Below, piece by piece: positions 49,001 through 58,000 of a DNA stretch of 64,000 bases. The position numbers and the translations under genes were made by a program. Location of the stretch: assembly GCF_032062105.1 (NCBI RefSeq), contig NW_026924588.1, positions 1 to 64,000 of the forward strand. The letters run 5' to 3'. The first letter of the stretch is position 1, and each line of letters begins with the position of its first letter. Under the pieces are notes generated by a model. The model was not told the DNA's origin and ran no database searches. It saw only the letters and a list, made by a program, of their open reading frames with translations. The stretch is from Saccostrea cucullata (taxonomy: Eukaryota).

Positions 49001-51715
49001 AACCAGTGTTGGATCCCATGCTCTTGTTATCAGATATATGAAAGGTGTATATAATATTAGACCAACTAAACCCAGATATTCTGGAACATGGGATGTATCC
49101 TTAGTGCTACGACTGTTGAAGAAATGGTCTCCTGTGAAGAATTTAAGTTTGAAACAGTTAACATTGAAACTTGTAATATTAATCGCTTTGACAAATGCTG
49201 CACGAGCTCAGTCAATTCATCTTATTTCTGTAAATAATATGAAAAAGTGTTTTAATGAATATATATTTGAATACTCTGGATTGCTAAAGCAATGTAGACC
49301 GGGGTATAAAATGCCTGTTGTACATATGAAAGCACACCCTCCAGATAGGAGACTTTGTATATATGTTGTGGTGAAGGAATATTTATCAAAGACAGCACCT
49401 ATTAGAAATGGAGAACAATCACTTCTATTAAGTTATGTTAAACCTCATAAGGCAGTTACAAGAGACACAGTGTCTAGATGGATAAAGATGGTAATGAAAC
49501 TTTCTGGTGTTAATACAGATGTATTTGGATCGCATAGTGTAAGATCTGCTTCAGTGTCAAAAGCGAAATCAGTAGATGTGCCAGTAGATGAAATTTTAAG
49601 GAAGGCTGGATGGACAAATGCTACAACATTTTCCAGATTTTACGAAAAAGACATCATAGTTGAAAATGAAAGTTTTGCATCAGGTGTACTTTCAAAGAAC
49701 AATTAGAGTGGGAGACTTCTCAGTAAGTAAAATAGTATTATGATCAAGTAATTTTTCTTGTATTTTGAAACATTTGATCATAATGGGCTTTGAAGTCTCA
49801 CATAATTCCGGAAGTAATTATGACGAAATAGAATTTAAAAATTTGACGAGACTTACCTTGGTTAAGTCGAAGTCAGATTGTAATTCTATGAGTCATTATA
49901 ATTACTGTAGGGATTATGTGCCTCCCACCACTCCCTGCAGAATTATTCAGATATTCATAGATATCCAACCAATAATGTATAAAGTAATATAAGTAAAGTA
50001 ATTATATTCTATATGATTACATTATGACCAAATGTTTTAATTTGAAAACTGAGGTTGCACATGCGTACTACTATATCTCACATAATCCCTACAGTAATTA
50101 TAATGACTCATAGAATTACAATCTGACTTCGACTTAACCAAGGTAAGTCTCGTCAAATTTTTAAATTTTTCCCTATAAACATAATGATAAAGATAGTTTA
50201 ATGTGAATGATTCCCTAGAAATCACTGTGTCTGAAGGAACTAATCCCACATGTTAATCAAATGAGGTAATCCTTGCATTGGAAGTATTTATCCACTAAAT
50301 TTTACTTGTTGTATCTGTATATGTAACTGGAATGATCCTAGTCAATTAAGCATGTCACTCTGTTGCTAATAGCCAATTCTCAGTTTTCCGTAATTCTTTC
50401 TCTCTATATAGTTATTTTTTTTTTGAAAATTTTGTATCACATAATAAAACATTTAAAAAGCATAGCATTGACAGAGTCCCTTTTTCCCAAAATGCTCAGG
50501 GGAACCTGATTCTAGCTTACTCTCTACCTCAGTCAACGATTTACTTGAACTGTGTTATAAATCTATATTAAATGCAAGTTCTTTTTTAAATCTACTGAAA
50601 TATCACACATGTCGGCTAGCATGGGCATTGGAAGTTAATGTAAATTATTGATGTATGTGCATGGACAATTATTATTTACTTTTAAATTACATTAACTTCC
50701 ATTGGCACTTTGCTATCTTAATGCAGGCTGGTACTTGCTTGGACTAATTGGACCCTTTTTAGCAAGTCTACATACATAGCAAGTTCTGCTAAACGTGTAC
50801 ATTCTTTATAAACATGCATATTTAGATATAAATAAAGAGTGACACTCAACTTTCATTTACAAACATTTGTGAAAACATGGATTCATGATTGTGGTCTCTT
50901 ATGTCAAATTACGGGTGCGTCGATTTACCCAAATGGACCCAAATGGAAACAAATGGACCCAAATGGAAACTCAAATGGACCCAAATGGAAATCAAATGGA
51001 CCCAAATGGAATATAAAATACATCTATACAGTGTATTATCGTATTCTCAAATATTTACTTATTTAAAATATTGCAAATAATGAACCTAATAAAAGTAGAA
51101 CATTTTAATAATTATTTTCTTATATTGTATTTTTTAAAAAAAATTACGATTTTTTTCCATTTGTAATAACTTTTGCACATAATTGAATACAAAACTGGAG
51201 TAAATAGTGTCCATGTCAGTCAGAACGGAGTGGAGAGGGGGGGGGTGCTGAGAGGACATCCCCCACCCCCCTGATTTTGCCGGTAAATATAGAATGATAT
51301 AAAAAATAATTCAATTTCATGTCTCAAAATACAATGTTAGAAATAATTTATTAATTCAAATCTCAATTTTAACTGTTAGATCATTTATTTTTATCATTTT
51401 AAATAAGTAATAAAATACGATTATACATATTTAATATTCCATTTGATTTCCATTTGGGTCAATTTGATTTCCATTTGGGTCCATTTGTTTCCATTTGGGT
51501 CCATTTGGGTAAATCGACGTGCCGTCAAATTACCAATGGTCTAGCAAGATTTGTATGGCTTCTGAGTCGCGTGTGCAGTTGACTCTAATCTTAAAATTAC
51601 ACCATCTCCTAAACTGCTGTATGCATATTGATATTTTTGTAACTTCTTCATCTAAACGACGCTTCTTTCCTCCGAACCCCTCTGGTTCTGCTTGCACCTG
51701 TTCGCATGTCGCCAT
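31058..51715 (-). CDS. Multi-exon protein (~1356 aa) with transposase-type DNA-binding domains: ZNF692/653-N-like motif, uncharacterised domain, 2x psq-HTH+CENP-B HTH, Brinker-like HTH, Brinker-like+CENP-B HTH; no DDE domain
   Basis: 15 phase-consistent GT-AG exons: 51715-51534, 45232-45140, 44999-44941, 44325-44266, 43951-43863, 43670-43605, 43124-42810, 42372-41980, 41502-41269, 40768-40646, 39979-39707, 36477-36343, 36194-34932, 34097-33781 (1 nt short near 34030), 31525-31058. CENP-B motifs VEVALTNWF..FNPSSGWLMRWKLRHN and FPASSGWLYRWKDRHN. Brinker-like RRSYTSEFKLEVANYA..AAQRKYGVSEKLIRYWRKQ. Confidence 0.8.
31855..32552. repeat. 34-bp minisatellite with an internal orientation switch
   Basis: Unit TTACATGTGACATGATACTCTGT(A/G)ATGTTTGCGT; about 14 forward copies to ~32340, then about 4 reverse-complement copies at 32416-32552. 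Confidence 0.92.
32632..32762. repeat. Palindromic MITE-like element
   Basis: TGGAGTTTTATGAAGAGGCTTACTTTTAC / GTAAAAGTAAGCCTCTTCATAAAACTCCA, a perfect 29-bp inverted repeat. Confidence 0.8.
33056..33526 (+). mobile_element. Helentron-associated element (HINE-like)
   Basis: Starts AACAAGAGGCCGATGGGCC; GACA/GACG microsatellite at ~33453-33467; 3' palindrome GAGCTTTCAGCTC. Confidence 0.7.
37110..38010 (+). mobile_element. HINE-like element with tandem ~108-155-bp internal repeats
   Basis: Six copies of AAAATGTAGGTCAGATCCAGCATCCGAAGCAAGTCTGGTAGTGTCCATCCCTAGATGCATCATCCATGCAAGTTTGG; GACGCC microsatellite; 3' palindrome CTCGACTTCGTCGAG. Confidence 0.8.
38243..38714. mobile_element. hAT-type MITE
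   Basis: TIR TAGGGCTGGGACGAT / ATCGTCCCACTACTA; 8-bp TSD TTAACCTT at 38235-38242 and 38715-38722. Confidence 0.85.
38961..39574 (+). mobile_element. HINE-like element with ~146-bp tandem units
   Basis: AACTAG start; about 3 units containing CCAGTGACCTTGAACTTCCC..AAGAAAGATATGGACC; (GGAC/AGAC)n; terminal palindrome CCCCAAACTTCGTTTGAGGGG. Confidence 0.8.
41653..41843. mobile_element. pogo/Tigger-like MITE (family also at 54352-54538 and 58807-58969)
   Basis: TA-CAGTGGA ... TCCACTG-TA ends with internal ATCCGGAT/ATCTGGA repeats. The 54352 copy is in inverse orientation. Confidence 0.8.
45530..46837 (+). CDS. DIRS ORF1 gag-like protein
   Basis: 435 aa. Coiled coil, RPENC..L.V...N..VW, RRELIKP, WLFGDD and RG-rich C-terminus, typical of DIRS ORF1. 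Confidence 0.85.
   Translation: MAEQMIQKKQLRSTTCFEEEVDTEKTDGTCKSNDVTKKNSKVEVQGTKTKKHGSSVGSTVSATSTRSSGTKKPVKVVADVHNSGNTQNDNQIMCILNTILENQKKQDEQIGTLNNKINMIENEFQECDDYEGYDDDQTYDESCNNVQRTDDNVENSDNASGKRKSDHLDTEVVQESSSRFKNMSKRFKSREVCDVKIDETLATNITDLFRNGMNEDQYSDMIKDENNARPENCEGLKVVKTNQLVWDIISQEAKTIDRKMQNIETSVIKGSIILAKVVNKLADVENELDDTQKTKLGKIIDECNDSLALFGHANKQVNMTRRELIKPELRYEYLHLCAQTVPYMSWLFGDDISKTAKEIEDCSKIGHKLNRGGSFRGRMRGRFRGPGRRPRGRGNYYNNNTAYNPNYPNRSSGQFYPKNFKKSNTTLSQQKNKNQ
46765..48894 (+). CDS. DIRS ORF2: reverse transcriptase - RNase H - Dam-like methyltransferase
   Basis: Frame open from 46765 with no ATG before AGRLKYF. LPFGLSSAP and YIDD (RT); TDASLSGWG, HINYLE, SDN, HIPGKNNIEADKLSR (RNase H); IDLFAS, DAF, YIFPPF (MT). 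Confidence 0.93.
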   Translation, partial: WPILSKKLQEEQYDTVTAEKQESIKNEVSEKNDEFFAGRLKYFSKEWEKITSDKNILQIVENCKIEFIDNAAPTKCSLYEPVFNSVESEVIDQEIQNLLKMGAIVEAIPGPDQFLSSIFVRPKKNGEYRVILNLKNLNEHVVYRHFKMDTFESAVNLVKENCFMASIDIRHAYHTIPIAIEHQKYLRFRWKGKIFQYTCLPFGLSSAPRIFTKVLKPIFAKLRTLGYLSMTYIDDVLLFGDTIDECRMNVNITREYLEKFGFVIHRKKSQFEPQKCITFLGNKINSERMIIELTEEKKDIIYEECKCLINQDLAKIRTVARVIGLIISSFSASELGQLHYRLLEKEKIKHLKEAKGNFDSLMPITMQMKKELNWWCFNIHSQIRFISRGNPEITIQTDASLSGWGAVCTQDNIKTGGRWKEEEKLNHINYLEMLAIYFALRSFVNIVKNKYVRILSDNTTAISYINNMGGIKSEICNKLAVEIWEWCIKRDIWLKCSHIPGKNNIEADKLSREFNDQVEWQLDHDIFLQICSKLVFPNIDLFASRLNTQVEVFCSWKQDPECSYVDAFSLNWRDFDYLYIFPPFSLMGLCIKKIQEDRARGIIIAPLWPTQTWFTGLMKSIVKNPILLPRKKDLLLNPHKKEAHPLWEKMTLIACQVSGELTETLDFQEQLPPLLWHHGEPVLKNSIKRSLKDGFSTALNGKLIQFHHL
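48531..49706 (+). CDS. DIRS ORF3: tyrosine recombinase
   Basis: Overlaps ORF2. Catalytic residues AAR, HSVR, AGW and FSRFY; N-terminal SWRTGTKKQY. Confidence 0.93.
   Translation: MHQEDSGRPGKRDYHCPIMAHSDLVHRINEKYSQESNFTSEKEGSTFKPSQKRGSSFVGKNDLDCMPSVRRTYRNLGFSRTTTSIIMASWRTGTKKQYQTFIKRWFQYCFEWKIDPISPSVNNILEFLTLLFDNGLSYSSLNTARGALSALGIKLDGTSVGSHALVIRYMKGVYNIRPTKPRYSGTWDVSLVLRLLKKWSPVKNLSLKQLTLKLVILIALTNAARAQSIHLISVNNMKKCFNEYIFEYSGLLKQCRPGYKMPVVHMKAHPPDRRLCIYVVVKEYLSKTAPIRNGEQSLLLSYVKPHKAVTRDTVSRWIKMVMKLSGVNTDVFGSHSVRSASVSKAKSVDVPVDEILRKAGWTNATTFSRFYEKDIIVENESFASGVLSKNN
50913..51523. mobile_element. Fold-back MITE with tandem CCCAAATGGA subrepeats and 9-10-bp TSD (MULE-like)
   Basis: GTCGATTTACCCAAATGGACCCAAATGG.. 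/ ..CCATTTGGGTCCATTTGGGTAAATCGAC; GTCAAATTAC duplicated at 50903-50912 and 51524-51533. Confidence 0.85.
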
Positions 51716-52002
51716 ACTTGTTTACGATGATGCGGTCTCAAATGTATTCGATTCCTAACTATTTGATACCGCATCAGTTGAAAAACTATTTGATACCGCA
51801 TCAGTTGAAATAAGCGCAATAAGCTCCTTTGGGATACCTGTTTTTAACCATGGCAATGTTAATTTATAATACCAGATACATCAATAATGTGATGCCTTTG
51901 AAAAGACTTATCCATAAATAAATTCAAAAGGTCGTCATTTTGAATGCGGTGTCAAATACTTAGGAGCAATATACTCATGACACCGCATGATTGTAAACAA
52001 GT
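51716..52002. promoter_or_regulatory. Putative bidirectional promoter / 5' UTRs of head-to-head paralogs
   Basis: 287 bp between two divergent ATGs, each preceded by GTAAACAAGT. Five TGANACCGCAT motifs. 27-bp tandem duplication 51757-51810. Confidence 0.65.
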
Positions 52003-55000
52003 ATGGCGACATGTGAGCGGGACCCAGCCGAGGGGCTCTCATTCGGAGGAAAGAGGCGCCCTTTAGATGAAGAAGTTACCAAAATATCAATAGGCAAACG
52101 GCAGTTTAAAAGATGGTGTAATTTTAAGATCAAAATCAATTGCACTCGCGACACGGAAGCAATGCAAATCCTGCTAGACCATTGGTATAAATATTTGACA
52201 AAAGATACCACCATGGCCAATTGGCCATGTTAATTTTGTTATTACAAAGTTTACAAATGAATATTGACTGTCACACTTTATTGATAAGTAAATATGCATG
52301 TATATAAAGTAGGTACAATTACCACTCGGACTGACAATACATGTACTGTTCAAAAGTTAAGGTCAAAGTTTGGAATTTTTGTGTAAAAGTGAGTCAAACT
52401 CTAAGGTAAATGTCAAAAGGTCAAATTTGGTGTTACCTAAAGGTTTTGTCACATGGAATACACAGGTGAAGTATGAAAGTCATAGCTCCACTTAAAGCCA
52501 TATATGGCGTAAGTACAATGAAAATTATTGAACTAAAATTAAAAGACTTATTATTTGTATCATTATACTTTCTATAAAGATAGAACTTTTCCGTAAATTA
52601 CAAAATCTAAATCAATTGCGTTATAAAGATATCACAATTTAATTTGGATTCTCGGAATTTTCTCCGACTCGGAAGAAAATACAAAAGATTTAAATAACAC
52701 ATTACAGAGAAGATAAAATCGTATTACCGTATATTAGATGAAACGAGGTGTTCTCCATGTTCAGAATTGTATGAAAATCTTTAATTTAAATGTATCAACT
52801 ATATTTCTTTACTTGATTTTGTATTTTTCAAAAATATATTTTTTTGATCAGTTACGCCATATATGGCTTTAATCAAAAGTTATGGGCAAGGTTAAAGTTT
52901 TTGTAAGGGACGGACAGACTGACGGACAGAGGAATGAGATTTAATGTCTGTTCATGTGAGTATGGTTTGGGCCTTGGATATCGGCCTGGATAGATCAGTT
53001 GGTAGAGCACATGACTAGACGCAGGGGTCGTGGGTTCGATTCCTGGTCCAGCCATATATTTTCTCCTTTCCTGTTATTGATTTGGTGCCATTGACAAACC
53101 CTGGAATTGCAGGTGAAAGTCCTGCCAGGGGTAATAGGAACTTGGGTTGTGTCTTTGAGGGCGAAGACCAATTAAGGAGGGAGGAATGTAATGGTTTGGG
53201 CAGTGGATATTGGACTGGATAGCTCTGTTGGTAGAGCACCTGACTAGAGATGCAGGGGTACCGGGTTCGATTCCCGGTCCAGCCATACATTTTCTCCTTT
53301 TCCTGTTACACATGAAAGTGGGGGACAATAAATATGACATATTGCACTGTATGCAAATTTATTGTTAAATTGGCAAATCAGAAATTCCAGGAACTTACAT
53401 GTACAATGAAATGAGTTTATAGGTCCCTGGATTGACATTCACAATTTTGCTCAAATTGAGCCACCATAATTAAATGAAAAATATCATAATCATTTGATGT
53501 ACTCAAAGTCATATTTTTCACTCTGGGTAGGTTTGTAAAATGCAGCAGCCACACCACAGTATTTTAAAAGTTTTATGGAAGATAATGTCTAGATTATCAT
53601 TGTTTTAAGGAAATATTAAGTTGGTTTATAATTATTTTTTTTTTTTTTAGGTATAAGGCATTTCCAGAGCATGATACCAAGAGGAAAGGGAGGGGGAGAA
53701 GGCCTGCATCTACAGTGGGAAATGGGTAAAAATATATCAATCTAATTAAAATTAGATCCATAACACTCCTTTATTTAGATGTACAGAAACATAAAAAAAT
53801 ACAAGATTTTAAACATGGTAAAAGATTTAATTTTGATTAGAATAAATTTATAAAGATATTTAATTGAGTAGAATGTATGTTTAAAAAACCCATGTATACA
53901 TACAATATGTATTAGGCCATAAAAAATTAATTTCTTGGTTATCAGGCCCTTCCTCATTTGTTCAAATGGTGCCTCATTGACCACTGTCATTGCTAATTCA
54001 AAATAAAAAAAAATAGATACAACAAATCACCTCCCTCATCATTTTTTTTAAGGTTTTGCACAATGTAAAAAGCTGCCTTATCATGTTTTGGGGGCAATAA
54101 AAAGTATTTAAAAAAAAACCAAAAACCATCCGTCTCTCATCATATTTCTTGAAAAAAAAAGGCCTGAGAACCAAAGAATTAAATTTGCATGGCCTTAGCT
54201 AAATTCAGATAGGCTGAGGGTCAGTTGGGAATTCACAATGGGCAGGAGCTTAGAGATTCTCAAATACAAATTTACTTCTAATTAGGGCTTTGCCTGACAC
54301 AGAAACACAGAACAGTGAAGATGAAGATTGCGTAACATGTACCAGTAAGTACAGTGGAGCCTCATTTATCCGGACGCTTTGGTTCCCAGTCAATTTGTCC
54401 GGATATGTGAAGCATCCGGATACCTGAATCACCAGTTAAACAAGACAACATATCATTAAAAAATTCTGTTCCGATGAAAAATCGTCCGGATACTGAAGCA
54501 TCCGGATATCTGGCGTCAGGATATCTGAAGGTCCACTGTATACGCACCTCTATTTATTATTACTGTAGAAGTACTTCTTTTCCTTGTGGTATTAATTTAC
54601 TCTATGTACGGGGTCACAAACTTTCCGTTGAAATTTGTCTCAGTGTACGTAATATGAATGTAAGGCATATAGTGACAGTTTAAGAAATCTGTGTAATTTT
54701 CTACCCACGGATAAAACAGAAATTGAGATTCCGCAGAATTATGACCCTGTTGAAAAAAGTATGTCTACAGTATTTAAACAATTAAGAAAGAATTCCCAAT
54801 TTACAATATTGTGGAATTGTTCATGGGGGACGAATGTTTGTGGCTTTTGTGGGCTACCCTGACCCACAAATTTACACCCTCATGAGCGTATATACAAATA
54901 TTTGTTTTACAATTATATGTATTTATATGTTGCGAAAATGAAAAAGAGCTTGTTATCATCGAAACAATGTCCCCACCAACCAGGAAATTTTGACCCCCAC

Positions 55001-58000
55001 AATATAGGCACCTGACGTTACTTATTTTTCTTTTAATAAATAAAAATATACCCATATCTAATAATAAACATTATTATTATGTTTGGTAATATATTTTTTT
55101 TATTAAAAGAAAAATATGTGACGCCAGGTGCCTGTGCCCATGATTCCACAGCAAGTAGTTAGCCACAGTTTCCTTAAGTATTTTTTTTATCTAGAGTTGC
55201 AATAATGTTTTGGGATAATTTGTGATTCCATTCCAATAATTTAGTAGCAGAGTCTAATATTTTGAAATAAGGAAAAATAATAATTACTGGTAATTGCCAG
55301 GGAAATCCATGCCGTTTTCAGTGTTTTGAACACTTACTAAAATGTACTGTATGTGTTCTTAAAATAGCAGGCTTCATATTTTAGAAACTTTTGTGCAGAC
55401 AATGATGCACCAATTCATGAATACTGGTACCGCTAAGAAATAATTAATTTTATAAGTAGAATATACGACACAAACATGATTTCTCCAGCAACTCCAAATC
55501 CATTGATTGAGCTAAACTTTGAATACGCTAAATTATGTACACAGTCATACAGTATGTTTTAAACCACAACCATCAGGGATGGTTAAATTAACAAAATTAA
55601 TGGCTTCAGGCTTACTGCTTGTAGTTTACCTGTAAATTTAACTATGAACTGGAAACTTTTCTAAAGTAAGTAGTGTTTTCTTCAGGTATATCACCCACAG
55701 AACAAGTACAGACAGAGATGGATAGCATACCATTAAAGATGGAGGGTAAGGATTTAAGGTTGTCTGAACCATACCATTAAAGATGGAGGGTAAGGGTTCA
55801 AGGTTCACTGAACCATACCATTAAAGATGGAGGGTAATGTCTTTAAACATTTTCTTCATAGAAAACCATGGGAAAACAGTAATCTCAATTCTGATTATAA
55901 AAATAGACAATCCTCAGCCCAAAATTTCTCAGTCACAAAAATGCAAGTTGGTTTTCATTTCATTTTTTTTTAATTTATTCTTTGCTCACAAATGCTACCA
56001 TTTTAGTCGCAACTTAGAGCGCTGTGATAAGTAAGATAATTTTCATTATGCTGAATGTCTTCTATTTCTTTATAAATTAACATGTTAAAAGGCCTTTTTT
56101 GTCAAATATTGCTAATGCAAGGAATGCTAAAATTATAAATGGAATATTTTTAGAATAAATTTCATTTCTTTTGGGAAAATCATTGCATTAAAATTGAAAA
56201 GTTTTATCAGTGAACAGGGGGGATGTCTGAGAGGTTGATAAATTGTGATATCTACCCAAGACATTTCTCCATGACCAATGCATGTTAATACCTTGACTTT
56301 GATATCTTTTACAGTGGATGATGATATTGTAACTGAGGAACCAGAGAACACAGAGATTGAACGAGTACTAAGTCCGAGTGTGATGGTCACAGATGATAAT
56401 CTGGTACCTAGACTTCTCGTTTCATGTGTTCTTGTTTAGACATGGAGCAGAAGAATATGAATGAAGCATTTCTTTGTTTTGCTAATTAGAAATGTGTAGA
56501 GTCATCTTAATTTGATAATTTTTTGTTGTTTGATTTGCAAGAAGTGCTACTGAGGTTTTCCTTTTGCTTGTCTTAAAATAGAGAAATCAAATTTAGATTA
56601 CAATTTAAATTTTTTTAATTGTGTACACATACATGTATATTTATGATTCCTTTTTTTTCAGAATAAAGAAATCAAAAGTGAAGAATTGTGGACTCAGAAA
56701 TTCTGTTTTTTATCAAATTGCAATCAGGTAAGGGAAGAATTAATGGTAAATGTTGGAATATGTAATCTGCAAAGAATGTATAATTAAAGTTTTCTAAAAA
56801 TCTGGAGAGAAAGTACATATATGTATCTGAAAACCCAAACTCTCTAGATAGGATTCAATATATTGTTATACAATGAAGCGAATTGAAATGGTAAAATTTT
56901 CCGTTTTGATGAAATGTTCTGAGTCATGTTTTGAACGTCAATTATAACATAATGACACACCTATATTTTTGGAAACGAGAAAGAAATATTCGTCATAATG
57001 TTTTAGGACACCCCACTCTTCGCGACAAGAAACATAAGCTACACTGAAATGGAGCTTTAAAAAATTAGAAAAGAGAGTTAGAGACTCCCTGTTTCTGTTA
57101 AACACAAATTGCAACAAATATGTACATATTTTTGAACTTATCACGTCTATTGAAGTTACCACAACACATGTTTTGGTCAAACATGTGTTTACTCGGTTTT
57201 TATTTAGACCGTCAATTTGATTGGCTATTATATTTATGGAAAACCTGTTCTACAGGTATTCAAATAAACAAATTGACCGTTTTATCGATTTCTAAAGAAA
57301 TGGGCGTGTCATCAGATGACAATAAACGTTCTAAAGATAGCCAAAAACGTTCCATTCGAACAGAAAATTTTACCACTTCAATGTGCTTCATTGTATGTAT
57401 CTTTGAGAATATTTATTTTGAAAGGTGGAAAATATAATATTTACCTGTAAGTTCTTAATTATATGCAAATAATTTCTTATCGCATAATTTTGCTAGAATC
57501 TTTATGCGCAAAATTAAATTACCGGCTTTTGTCTTGGTGGTGCTGAAATCCATGTATTACTGAATACTCTTGATCAACCGTCCATAGGCAGATAATAATT
57601 TTTGCGATTTGATGTTAAAAAGCCATTTCGGGATTATAAGTATTTGCAAAAATAAGGAATCTATGTTTATATGTGAATGTCCATTCCATTCAAATATGTA
57701 CAAATGTTTATCATCATTGTCATTTCAGCGTGTTGTACCGAGGCATTATGAAGTCAAGAGGTTAAATGAAGCAGATCTTGGAAACAAGGTAGTGAATTTT
57801 ACCATAGACGAAAATCCGGCAACATTCCGAGAATCCATCCTCAGTGCATGCCCACAATTGAGGAAGGCAGGGGGATTTGAACTGTTGAGAAGGAAAAGCA
57901 AGTTTGGTTTAGAGAGCATCTCCGAGCCCCGTAGTGGATTTACCACTTCGTATTTGATGGAGGAAAACGAGCTGAACGGAATCATTTGTTATGTTAGGCC

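Larger units (their letters stand above)
45284..50167 (+). mobile_element. Full-length DIRS1-type tyrosine-recombinase retrotransposon
   Basis: Left ITR 45312-45351 is complementary to 50047-50086. ICR 49796-49920 is the exact reverse complement of the joined right end (50080-50165) and left end (45285-45322). ATT at both termini. gag, RT/RH/MT and YR ORFs are uninterrupted. Confidence 0.95.

Noticed and set aside
45284-50167. Bacterial retron, DGR or prophage integrase locus (RT + recombinase + methylase)
   Set aside because: The gag / RT-RH-MT / YR order with ITRs and ICR is the standard DIRS1 layout.
49765-50249. Two ORFs sharing an identical peptide on opposite strands
   Set aside because: A consequence of ICR/right-terminus complementarity, not coding.
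52983-53285. Two functional tRNA genes
   Set aside because: Anticodon arms are irregular and both lie inside LTRs with PBS, PPT and TSD; they are part of a retroelement.
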